Below, piece by piece: positions 15,348 to 27,900 of a DNA stretch of 64,000 bases. Positions within the stretch are counted from its first letter, which is position 1, and each line of letters opens with the position of its first letter. The stretch covers positions 29,636,001-29,700,000 of the forward strand of contig CAIIXF020000001.1 in assembly GCA_903813345.2 (NCBI GenBank). Direction: 5' to 3'. Under the pieces are notes generated by a model. That model ran no database searches. It saw only the letters and a program-made list of their open reading frames with translations, and was not told the origin of the DNA. The position numbers were made by a program, and so were the translations under genes. The DNA is from Owenia fusiformis. Its lineage: Eukaryota.

Positions 15348-15540
15348 CGACATCGCGAGCGTAGCGAGCGCGAAAAATTTGAGGTGATCAAAGTTTGGCA
15401 AAGGTGCTCAAACTTTGGCCAAAGGTGTTTAAAAGTTGGCCAAAGGTGTTCAAAATTTGGACAAAAGTGTTCAGATTTGGACTTAGGTGTCCAACATTTT
15501 GAAGTCACTCATATTAGGTGGTCCCAAGTTGACAGCCCTG
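15034..15540. mobile_element. 507-bp MITE (hAT-like CAGG termini) with 6-bp TSD
   Basis: Ends caggcctgtcaact / agttgacagccctg (14 bp, 1 mismatch); GTCTGT on both flanks (15028-15033, 15541-15546); internal poly-C run and ~21-bp tandem units at 15381-15500. Confidence 0.8.
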
Positions 15541-17049
15541 GTCTGTATACTGTACAGAATGGGAAAGTCATCTCCTTTAGTCTAAAGAAGAGAAGTGTAG
15601 TAGCAGGGCCGTCAGATGGGGGGGGTGCGATGGGTGCGACCGCACCCCCCTTTGTCACCCCCCCCAAAATAAATTTGAAAAAAAAAAATTGAAATTTTTT
15701 TTTTTTTTTTCATTGACTCATACACTTTGAAAGTACCCAGAAAGCACCAAATAGCATCTTAAAATTGTAAAAATTTTCTAGGGGTATTGGCCACCCCTCA
15801 CACCCCCCATAAAACAATGGAAAAGTTCTAAATTTATTTTAGTGTTTTGTCTCAGACACTTTTAAAGTGCCCAGACATCATCAAATAGCTCCTTGATCAC
15901 TGGGGAGTATCGTGATGCAACAACACCGTGTTGTTGCATCAAGATGGCCAGACTTCCGGTGATAGATTTTCGTACGATATTTTGTTTCCCAAATTAAACC
16001 CATTTCTAGGACGAGTTGCTCAATAACCATACACGTGCAGTTAGCGCACGATCTATATTTAAAGAAACTGTCATTAGTATACATGTACCATCACCAAGAA
16101 GCAATAAGTTCACGGTTTTAGTTCCTCACTATTGATGCAACAACACCAACCCGAAGATGCAACAACACTCCTCTAGATTTGAGCAATGATGCAGCAACAC
16201 CAATTAATATTATAACTTCAGAAGACCATAAATCTCGAGAGGAACAGATTTTTAAATGCTACTATTGCAATACCGTTACCAATTAGCCTACCCATATTTG
16301 CGTTCTTCTCAAGGCATTCAATATTTTCAAACATTTATACTTTTACATACTATAATGTACTGGACGTTATTCTATAACATAGTTCAATCGCCTTTAACAT
16401 GACATGCTTTAGTAACCCAATCTATTTTCATAAACCACTGTTCCATAGCTTGATGACCCTGACTCCAGTTAGTATCATTCAAAATGGTGGACAAACATCT
16501 TTCGTTCTCGGTAAACATGATGAGCTATTGGATATTATCATGATATTATCTGTCATCCATCTGTGGAACAGTGATAAACTAGTAGATGTACGTTACCACT
16601 GTTTATCAAATTATAACTAAAACAGTTTAACTGTGACATTCGTGAGCTTATGTTGATGGGATGATTGCTTCATCTAAGATATAATATGATATGATTCTTT
16701 ATTTCCTACAATTTGGAGAGCCAACGTGTAAAAACGTCTAATTGACTTTATTAGAGAGGCCGTTTAGTTACACGTTTAATGGAAATCTTGCACGACGCAC
16801 ATGTAGAATTATTGCTCTCTTTGGATTCCTTCTCTCCGACTGAGTAAAAAGGTAAACAAAAGTGATAAAATTTAGGGCCCAAAAAGGTAAATTGATAGGG
16901 GTACAGTTATCCCAGATATCCCGGGCCCTCGGGAAATATCACATTGTCTCTCGAAATAAAACCAATATTGAGTCCCTCTCAGTAAATAACTTTTATATAA
17001 TAGCATTGTATAACTGCAATATCATTAAACCAACACTCATCCTATACAA

Positions 17050-18738
17050 CCCAAGTGAAAAAAGTCAATGGGAAAATATTGACAATAAATAGGTAATACT
17101 CTATTAATTCTTAGCTAACAAATACCTAAAAAATTTATCATGCAAATTAGAGAGAATTACGTTAATAAATAGGTGTTAATAATAAGGTATTGTTAACATT
17201 CAACGCTCATGTAGAATATTGACTGATTATCAAATGAAAATTACATTGTAACAATAAGGTAAAATTAGAAATCTAATAATCATGTATTTATTATCTTCCA
17301 ATAATAAGCTATATGTTAACAGAATATTACCTAAATATTGTACATATTTATTGTGGTAATATTCTCTAATTTGCATGATAAATTTTTTAGGTATTCGTTA
17401 GCTAAGAATTAACAGAGTATTACCTAATTATTAGCTATTTAAAACCTATTTGTTGCATTACTCTTACCCAAGATGCATTATGGTCTACAACATTTATTTT
17501 CTACTATAAGAACCAAAAACATTAAATAATATGTAAAATTAGGTGGGTAGGGACACACAAATTCGAAGTAAATATGTGACGTATATGTAATTCGCGTGAA
17601 TATTCAAATCTGGCCATGCAAAGCGTATAAATTAATTCATGGCAAATTCTCTTGCAAAACTATACAGATTTTGTCAAAAATCTCCCACAAAAGTACCACT
17701 TTTTGCAGAATTTACCGCAAAAACTATTGCGTTTATTAGAAAAAAAACTGGAGATAATCCGCTTTTTTAAAAAAAGTACCGGTTTATTTCAAATCTACCG
17801 TAAAAACTCCAGTTATTTCACCTCAAAAACTCCCGATTTTTTAAAATCTACGGCGAAAACTAACAATTTTTTAAAAAACTTCCAGATTTTGTAAAAATCT
17901 CCCGTAAAAGTACCACAATTTTTGGAAATCTCAAGCAAATTGTTCATTTTAGGTTGGCCCTGGGTATGTAAGATGATATAAGCAATTATTATGGGACATC
18001 ACTGGTAATTTTACCCATCGATCAGAATTGTACTGAAGGCAAGAAGGCTCACAGTTATTGAAGGACCCTCTAGGCCTCCAGCAGTATTTATCTTCATAAT
18101 CTTTATAAAATACCTTATATTTTTACTGCATGGTACAATTAGTCATACACAACACATTTATGCTTGACCACTTTGACTGTATGAATAGAATTAAAATTTA
18201 GCCTTTATAAATTCAGAAAGAAAAGAAGATTTGCCCATCTAAACTGGAATAAAACAGCAATACTTACATTTTACCTCTCACAAAGTAGACATGCAGAATG
18301 TTCAAGTATGTCAGTAACTTCTGAATCTATATTTGATTGGTCATTTTCATACTATTGTTATAAAATCATAAAATTACCCAAATCTCTTACAGTTGAACAT
18401 TCTTTGTCAGCCATTTTTCTTTTGGTTTAAAAAGAGCGGGAAAGTTAATATTTTGCTAATACTCACTGCCACATTTTTTTAAGTCCAATCTTAACAATTA
18501 GCTAATTTTTATCCCCTGGGGTAGCAAGGATGACAAAAAGTTACCCAATTATTCAAAGAGCATTATAACATAGTTGTTAGAATAATAAATAGGTGTAATA
18601 AATAGCTATTTATTGGCATTCAACTTTCATTGATTTAATGCTCATTTAACAAATAGGTTAACTTTTATCAAAATGCATAATTATTAGACCAAAGTTAACC
18701 AATTATTACATGAGAATTGCCATTTCTTTTTACTTGGG
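17050..18738. mobile_element. EnSpm/CACTA-type non-autonomous element (CCC termini, 2-bp TSD), nested
   Basis: Ends cccaagtgaaaaaag / ctttttacttggg with AA on both flanks; subterminal aataaataggt repeats near both ends. Confidence 0.55.
17090..17426. repeat. ~70-bp inverted repeat around a ~195-bp spacer
   Basis: taggtaatactctattaattcttagctaacaaatacctaaaaaatttatcatgcaaattagag (17090-17160) is inverted at 17356-17426 with few mismatches. Confidence 0.9.
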
Positions 18739-18835
18739 AACTCTTGAGAACGATCTACAACTCCTGGATAGCGTAAACTCCTGAGCAGCGTATACAACTC
18801 TTCAACTTGATATATGACATCATACTTTGGGTGGG

Positions 18836-19838
18836 ATAACAAAGGATATACAATATACAATTGAGGTCAACTGGCAAAACTGTATACCGATACTGTGAAC
18901 CTTGAAAGTACTGTTGATCAAGACCAGATGTCGAGGACACTTTTGCCAGTTGACCGAAAAGAGAGGTTAACAATTGTTCTGTTAGTCCAAATAATATAAT
19001 AATTGGACGAATATATAATCGAATATCACGTGAACATATTTGATAAGTAAAGGTATCATATTTTAGCAAAAAATCCCCAAACCGTCGAATACTTGTAATT
19101 TTTTACACAACTTATTTTTTCAAAATTAAAAAAATTTCAACATTAAAAAAAACAATTTTTCAAAAACAGGGGTCAACAGTACCTAGTAGTGGTCAACAGT
19201 TTACAATTGTTGACCTCCCCAGAGGCCAACCGGCAAAATTGTATACCGAGACTGTAAACCGAAAAAATACTGTTGACAGAGACCGAAGGTCGAGGTCAAC
19301 AGTAGTTTCAAGGTTTACAGTCGAGGTATATGATTTTGACGGTTGATCGAATGGAGAGGTCTACAATTGTTTTGTTAGTCCGAGTAAACTAATAATACAC
19401 ATATAGACGACGATCATCAATCGGCATGGCTTCATTTCACAACCTTTTCTCCGAACCACTTTAGCAATATTTTTTTTAGAAAATATGGAGACAGTGCAAG
19501 AAGCTTAACTCTGTATTTGGCACATCACGGCGTACTCGTTAGTGAATTAATGTTAATTTTAAGTTTCTATTTGTATTTTTGCTATACTTGTCGCCTAGTA
19601 AAGTCATTTTCATCACCATTTACAAAATGTCCGTCTTCCATGTTTTTTTGTGACGTCATGAAACTTTTTTTCAGAAGTAGCGGTCAACAGTACCTAGTAG
19701 CGGTCAACAGTACATAATTTTGACCGCTAATCATCCAATCAGAATCGAGTATTTCAGTTGAGGTACTAACAATACATTTTGTTGCCCGCTCATCAACCAA
19801 TCAGAATTGAGTATTTCAATTGAGGTACTAACAACACA
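18836..19838. mobile_element. Crypton-like non-autonomous element, nested
   Basis: Central hairpin actgttgacagagaccgaaggtcgaggtcaacagt (~19269-19303) inside a larger imperfect palindrome, diverged second copy at 18865-18990, duplicated ccaatcagaat(c/t)gagtatttca at 19734 and 19797; family assignment from recalled architecture only. Confidence 0.45.
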
Positions 19839-22800
19839 AAATGACTGATATCTGTTGTCTTTCCAAAACTATATTAGTTATTTGTAAGCAATTTCCATAC
19901 GGTAAATCAAGGGCATTTAATTTAGAAAATGTATAATCTTTACTTTTCAGATACAATATCAATGAGATTGCCTCCCGGGGATTCTATACTTTATTTAGTT
20001 TGCCTTGTATATCCTTTTAACTTTGATATAGACAAAGAAACCAAACAAAATACGTTTCGTTCATGGACCACTGACTCACGCGTTTTATTCATGTCCCGAC
20101 CTACACCTGTAAACAGAACATAAAACAGTTTCTCTTGTTGTTCAATGATACGTACATTATATTGGCGTTTTTGCATCAGCACATTGGTGTTGTTGCATCA
20201 TCGATAAGAAACAGAGTGGTGTTGTTGCATCAATAGTGAGGAATTAAAACCACGAATTTATCGCTTCTTGATGATGCTACATGTATACCAATGACAGTTT
20301 TTTAAAATATAGATCATGTGCTAACTGCATGTATATGATTATTGAGCAACTCGTCCTAGAAATGGGTGTAAATTGGGAAAACAAAACATCGTACGAAAAT
20401 CTATCACCGGAAGTCTGGCCATCTTGATGCAACAACACGGTGTTGTTGCATCACGATACCCCCAGTGTTGATATAGTTAGTGTTTCTGGGGGACTTGCTC
20501 CCCCTCTTGCATCTTGCACTTGCATAGACCCCCCCCCCCCTCTGGCGCCCCCCCCCCCCTTGACCCCCCCCCCAAAAAAACCGTGATTTTCTCAAATTCT
20601 TTAATTGACTCATACACTTTGAAAGTGCCCAGAAAGCACCAAATAGCGTTGTAAAATTGTAAAATTTTCTAGGGGGAGTGGGCCACCCCTCACACCCCAA
20701 ACAAAACAATGGAAAAGTTCTGAATTTGTTTTATGTACTGTCTCAGACACTTTTAAATTGCCCAGACATCATCATCATCCTTGATAAAGTTAATGATTCT
20801 GGAAGACTAACACTTACTCGCCCTCTGGCATCCCCACTCCACCTCCCCCTCTGGCAGCCCCCCCCCCCCCCTTAACACCCCCCCCCCCCCCCAAAAAAAA
20901 TTGACTTTATTGACTAAAGTGCCCAGAAAGCACCAAATAGCATCTTAAAATTGTAAAATTTTCTTGGGAAATAGGCACTTTTAGGCACAGACACTTTTAA
21001 AGTGCCCAAACTTCATCGAATAGCACCTTGATATTGTACATTTTGATATGGGGGACAAACACTTGCTCCCCCTCTGGCACCCCAGCCCCACCTCCCCCTC
21101 TGGCACCCCCCCCCCCCCCCAAAATTTGAAAAAAATTGTGATTGTTTTTCAATGTTTTTATTGACTAATACACTTTAAAAGTGCCCAGAAGCACCAAATA
21201 TCATCTTTAAATTGTAAAATTTTCTAGGAGAGTTAGCCACCCCTCACATCCCCCACAAAACAAAAGAAAATATTCTGAATTTCATGTATTGTCTCAGACA
21301 TTTTTTAAGTGCCCAGACATCATCAAATAGCACCTTGATATGGTCAATGTTTCTGGGGGACAATCCCTTGCTCCCCTACTGGCACAACACCCCACTTCAC
21401 CCTCTCATCCACTTTGACAACCCCAAAAGAATTTGAAAAAAATACACATTTTTCTTATTGACTCATAACGCACAGGCGTACCAGATGGTTGCAAATTCGC
21501 TCCAAAAACAACCAAATTTCAAAATTTTCCTGGGGGAGAACCCCCAGACCCCCCCCCCAAATGCTAGGTTTTTTATTCACTCAACTCTTATTCCCATGGT
21601 GGTGGCGTACTACTTGGAAACTTACACTTTGAAAGTGCCCAGAAAGCACCAAATAGCATCTCAAAACTGTAAAATTTTCTAGGGGGAGTGGATCACTCCT
21701 CACACACCCCCACAAAACAATTGGAACTTTTGGAAGTTGCATTTGTTAATTCCAAACCAATATAGGGAGTAACTGAGCCCCCCCCCCCCACTCTGTCTTA
21801 CGCGATTTGATTTACGCGGCAAAAAAATTGACAATTTTATATTCTCTTTAGTAAGCTAAAAACCGCACCCCCCTTGGAGAAAAGTGTCTTACGGGCCTGA
21901 GTAGTGTACACTGCTGATGCCTAAAGGACCAATTCTAAAGGGGCTTGTTTTATGGACCAATGATATAAGGATTTGTTTTGAGGGACATGGGGACTGACAT
22001 CTAAATTATTTTGAATTTCTCTTTACTGCTTCTCAATCCATCTTCGACTTCTAAGGTGTTATAACACAACACCTGAAACCATGTGATTCAACAAGATGTT
22101 CACTATAATTAATGATAAACACAAATAGCAACATTTGGAAAACAGAAATAGACGCTTTTTATTATTAATTTGTTGTTAACCTTTTGCCTAACTCTGGTCA
22201 TCTCTCAACATTCTTAAGTGCTTTTCACCTTCCAAAGTTGCTTTGAGTAGAGTACTTAGTCTGAAGAAAGATCCCAGCCTCTTCTGGTCACTTAGGTAGG
22301 CTAGATAGGTGCAGAGGAACATGGTATTAGGTGACAGATGCAGCAACATATCTGCCTGAATAACACATTCAGCTGTTGGACCTTTACATAGCACTAACAT
22401 CCTCCAAGACATCACGCCTTTCTTCTTGTTATACATTCCATGGAGGTACACCCTTGCAGACTTACAAACATGGGGCAGGACTGGGGCAGGGGGTTATAAA
22501 CATCCTTGCTCTAGGAGTGTTGTAAAGTATGATTTTTGGTTAGATCTATTATAAGAATTTGGCCAATGATCTTCATATTGTGTTCAGGGAGCAAACAATT
22601 TCAAATAGACCCACCAGTGCTATGTTCCAGAGGTAATTGTGAACACTTTTCAGACTCAAATCATTGTTTCTGATGGAGTTATTGATCCCTGGTGAATAAG
22701 AACTTGTAAGTTTTAAAAAAATCTGCAAGGGTACAATATTCCTTATCAGGATCATTTTTTGCTGGACAATTTCTGGTTGAAGCAATGCAGACTAAAGTTC

Positions 22801-23639
22801 TCTAAAAAGTAATCTGAGAGGTTATTACCTCCTATATATTATTACCTCCTATATATTATTACAGCATTCCTTTTGCCCGACAAACTGAAATTATTGACTT
22901 TTAATACAAGAAAAACAAATTCATGGTTCAACAGTTATTATTTACACTCATATGGAAACCCAATATATTTTTAACTTCTAGAAATTAGTAGTAAAATTTC
23001 AAGCCAAAATAAAAATCATCCTGGCATGAGATAAGTGCTGGGTCGGAAATATCATGAGGGGGATTTAAAATACATGACAAGCATCATACTCTTTACTCGC
23101 CTCACAACATGCTAGAGTTTACCTAAAAACAACATCTCCAGATAGATGATGATTAAATCATCTACTTCAGTAGATCAAACCCACAGCAATAACAGTGTGA
23201 AAACTCACATTTTTGACAGGGATAAATAAATATATGATGGCCTTTCAAGTAAAGTATATTTGATGGTTCAAAGTGCCTGTAATTGCTTAAGTAATGAATT
23301 TAGTGATTTGCAGTAACCATGGGGAATTTATTGCCGTTTAAGGCATCATATTTTTCCTTAGTCTACAGGTGCACCTCCCACCTCCCCTCCTCTACAATAT
23401 TCCATCCAGAAATATCATGTTTGCTAGTTTAGAAGTCCCTTAGAGTTATAATTTATAAATACTGGTATATAAACAGATCTAAGAGATAATATAAAAATAT
23501 TTCTTTTGCACTTTTGGTAAAACATCCAGACTGTTTGAGGTTATTTTCAAGGTGAAAATTATATTCTGAAATATCAGAACACAGAAGTGTCTGAAGTAGA
23601 GAGTTTATGATCATAACGATTGAGAAAAACAATTTGTAT

Positions 23640-24360
23640 TTTATTGCTTTCTGTCTGTGATTTAACATGGGTAGTGCTGATGGTCTTGTGCCTAATTTAG
23701 GATACTGTTTCTTTACTATCATGTTCATTGATAAGTTGTATGTTATACTATAGTACCCTTTCTGGCCACATACCTTGTTCAACACAAGCATTGTTTCAAA
23801 TTTGACCAAACAAATACATGCATTTATTAGGATTATGGTTATGTCACATCCTCCCAGAAAATTACCCTGAGCTCTGCAGAGGCCAGTAATGCCATATTAG
23901 ATGGAGATGAAACACACAGTCAGCCACTGAAAATTAAACATTTGCAAAGGGTATACATGAAATGAAAACCAAATGTTGCAGAATTTCTTGTCAAACACTT
24001 ACAGAGCTCTTTTTGCTTTTCTTGATTAGCCAAGATGAACAAGACATGGCTAATGTTCATTCTGATTTATCAGACACGCTTACCTTTCAAAACTTCTGCT
24101 GATGATACCAGCATTGTCTCATATTCTGTCAAATTGTTCTCACGGAACACTCAAACATTGGGGAAATTGTCACTTCACCCAAAACGATACTTTTTAGAGA
24201 TCTGTTGTTGAACCATAATTTTTATTAATACTATTAGACAAATGATCTTGCCACCAGAATATTTGACCTTGCTAGTGAATTCCCATTGTTCAAATTCAGT
24301 TGCTTTTTGTTATTCATGTTTTGTGATGTAATGGACTTAATTAATCATAAATAAAGACTT
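23640..24360 (+). pseudogene. Decayed CR1/L2-type LINE reverse transcriptase fragment
   Basis: SADDTSIV at 24095-24118 (cf. FADDT), STQAL near 23777, decayed NYRPVSLL-like text near 23693, AATAAA near 24350. Confidence 0.45.
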
Positions 24361-24399
24361 TTACATGTGTCTACTAAGTGTGAAGGTCAGTCTATTACT

Positions 24400-24964
24400 C
24401 CTACGTGATTTTGTGAATAATATCCAGTTCGTTTTATGGGTCCATTTTTTATACATAGTTTTTTATGGACCACCACCATGCACTGAACTGTCTAGCCACA
24501 TTCCACATATCTCTGAAAAAGTGAATTTATCTGCTATGGGAAAATGAATTGAAGTGAATCAAAAGATAATGTTGACCCATGAAATGCACTTGACAAACCG
24601 ATGGGACAAATGATTGCTGTTCAAGGAAACAGATGCAAGGAAAAATAAGGAAGTCTTTATCTATTTTTTGATATGACATAATAAGATAATATACAGGTGA
24701 CACATCATCCCCGAGGCATCGTTGCTTCTCAAGCTCAGATAAAAAGAAGTACAATACCATTGGACAAAGGATGCAGGTGACAATATGTTTACCGCAAAAT
24801 TTGATGAAGCTGGAGGACTTGTGACTGAGTTGTGCAACCACAGCCAAACTCACAACTAGATAATTCCAATAATTGAAATGTTCCTCCCATGTCAAGATAA
24901 AAAATATCCTGAGGTCCATATGACTGCATAATGTTGCGGTTACTTTAGCAATCTTGTGTGACAT
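24400..24964 (-). pseudogene. Decayed CR1-type LINE 3' fragment
   Basis: ORF 24527-24964 has MDLRIFFILTWEEHF (cf. KDLGVxxDxxLxWxxHI) and ELEKQR (cf. LEKVQR); downstream DMWN near 24500 (cf. WNxLP). Confidence 0.5.
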
Positions 24965-27900
24965 TTGGTATGACAGTTATAACTACATGAGATAGCTGTT
25001 TCACTATCTGCCTACAGCTACTTAGCTGGTTATCTACAGTTCAAACATCATAAAAACCAACAATATTGATACTATAGATATTTATAATTTTTGATCAAGA
25101 ATGAAATGATGAGAAAATAAGAAAACTATTGATGAAGTCATGGAAATTACAGTTCTGTTATCTGTAGTTCAAATTACGCATGTTGAAGTTTTCCTAAATC
25201 GTAGTACCAGTCATTGATAAATTGAAGAATCTTAGAAAAACTTCTTTGTATACCTGTTACTACAATGTATCATGCAGTGCACAATGGGTGCACAACCTTG
25301 GTACATGGTCAAACAGACAACATAAGTGTTACTGGATGTGTTATTTATAACATTCTGAACTAACTAAACACTTGTCCAGAACAGCTGAATGAACTTACTA
25401 CCAGCAGAAACAAAGACAATCATATCCTGAAAAATGGAAAAAAAGTTCTTCAGATAATGTTCTTAAACAGTCATGACATATTTACAGCATGATGCTGACT
25501 GCAGCAATGGTGATACCTTCTGAACAGATGAATTTGTTTTCCTGTTTTGTTGCAGGTGCAATTCATGGCCTGGAAATTATGCTACCATTGAGAGATGTCT
25601 TTGGAACATGAAAATTAACTCTAAAATAATTTTTTTATTTCATTTTTATAGCTATGCTGAGATAACAATTTAGAAGAACTGATTAAAGTTTTCTTGCTTT
25701 CACTGAAAATATAAAATATTCATTTGAGATCAGTTCATTTTCCCTCCAGTCCTGAGTCATAATATGACTTAAATTATATTAAAATATTCTACCATGCCAG
25801 ACGCAAGCACTCAAAGCTTGGTCTGTGGTTGAACAATCATCATTGTTTTAATTCCCAGTATTCATGAGATTAAAACCCGAGGGGCAATGCTACCTCAATA
25901 ATAGAGTTATTAAACATTACAGTATTTTCCTTATTTTTTGTCAATTTATCTTAAAATGCCTCAAAACCCACAGGCATAGTTTAAGTAGCAGCTTTCAAAT
26001 AGAAGAAATTGAAAATGATTTTGTTTTCTTTGGTATAAAAATGAAAGAGCATTAATTGGTATATATTCTCTGATAAATTATCTCTAAGAGCAGTGGTCTA
26101 GTCATAACATACTTTTGTAGAATACTAATACTGACATTAATTAACAGATAGTTTGCCTTCTGTTCCAGTGTTTATAAAATGGAAAAGAACAACATGACTC
26201 TGGCAGCATGGGAGCACAGATAACTGTGTTGATATAATGATTACGATAAGAAAATGATACAAAGCTGACTTTCCTTTTACCTGGAGTTATCACAAATAAG
26301 CAGATAGTTTGCAAAAATAATCAGGGAAGATTTCTTCCTTTTCTAGTTGAAAGCCCGTGCTTCCATGATAATATAGAATCTTCAGAACATTGGGAATCTG
26401 ATTATTGTTTTAACTGTTAATGACATATGAGAATGGACAAAAAGAAATATCATTGGTAAATAAGACAAACATCAATAAAACATAAAATATGTATATTGGG
26501 ATGTAATTCATCAATTGACAATTTAAAACATGTACTTTTGACATTTCTTTTACAATATGATCTTACAAATTTTGAAAAATATCTTTGAATTTGAAAATTA
26601 GTGTCAGTTATAACTGGTAACTGCTTGCTTAATAGCTACCTGTAGGCATCTGTTGCCAATGCCCATATTAGGTAATGCAACTACCGCCCAAATTAGCCAA
26701 CACAGAATAATAAGAAAGAGAAAATGTGATTATTTGGAAATTATTGAAACTTAGTTTGAATAGTTTGAGCAAGCATTGAACAGTTTGATAAATCATGCTC
26801 TCAATCAAAACTGTTCCCATACCCTTCATTTTCTCCCATTATCACCAATAGACCTCCTACTTCTCTCGTAAATATTACGAAAATAATGTAGCATCCGATG
26901 AAAGTGTTCTTTAATTAATGATAATAACCAGCTAGGCTTCATCATTGCATAACTTATAATGGGGAATATCCTGCCTGTTGCACCAGCTCTGGTTCAGAAT
27001 AATGTAATAAACAAAGTTAATATAATGGATATGTAATAGCTTACATGAATATATGTCAGGCTTTTCCAAGGGTATCATTGCATAATTGCATAATTATTTG
27101 ATTTATTTGTTATTATAACAAAACGACTAGTAGCAATTGCCCTGTTATATTTTTTATTAGATATTGTGTTACAAAATATGATTCAAATAAAGATGAAAGA
27201 TGGAGTGTTCATTTGACAATTTACCTTGGCTGAAACCAAAAGTCATTTTCACAATTTTGATGTTTGCATTTTAGTTCAACAGTTATTTATTTTGGAAATA
27301 AGTTCAATTAGTGAAACAGAAAGTGAGTCTTTAAATAACTTAATGGTCTTTTAGAATATATAGATGTCCATCGTTTTCATTTTTTGCTATGTGTGTGAAA
27401 TTTACTATTAGTGTAGGTACTTATTCGTTATTTAATCATTAACAGTTATAAGGTTATCTTTGCCCTGAAGACCTGATTGGTTGGGATGACATAATGTTGC
27501 TAAGGACAGGTTAATAACTGTTTTAATTACATGTATTTTACTACTACTACATGTGTATATTTTGTTATATGATAGTACGTACTATTACACACTACTCCAT
27601 ACTATTAGTACTACTAATAACAAACCATAATTACTATATTACATAAGTACTACTATGTTTTAAAGCACAGATGTACTATCATTAAATTTTAATTTTCAGT
27701 GGAGAAAAAAGGTACTGATCAGTAAAATGAAATAGAAACACAGATTCTGTTCTACCAAAGAGGAGGTATGTCCTATCACCATCTGGTTTCTATGTATGAT
27801 GGGATGTGACCTTCTTTGACAAAAACATTGGTTTGTTATGATTATGCCAAAAGCGGTTTGATTTATCAGTTATAAAGTTTTAATTATAGGTTTACTCATT

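Larger units (their letters stand above)
15898..20467. mobile_element. CAC-terminated DNA transposon with ~250-bp TIRs and 5-bp TSD (Transib/RAG-like or Chapaev-related), non-coding
   Basis: cactgggg(a)gtatcgtgatgcaacaacacc inverted at both ends (15898-~16148, ~20217-20467); TTGAT duplicated at 15893-15897 and 20468-20472; uninterrupted host unit caccttgatat visible at ~21024 and ~21331. Confidence 0.88.
15604..21899. mobile_element. Non-autonomous CAG...CTG DNA transposon with 5-bp TSD, hosting nested insertions
   Basis: Ends cagggccgtcaga / tcttacgggcctg (11 of 13 inverted match); AGTAG on both flanks (15599-15603, 21900-21904); internal unit containing aaagtgcccagaaagcaccaaatagc recurs at ~15713, 20605, 20910, 21160, 21620. 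Confidence 0.75.

Noticed and set aside
27690-27772. Candidate exon bounded by ttttcag and gtatg
   Set aside because: All three frames hit stops and there is no transcript evidence.
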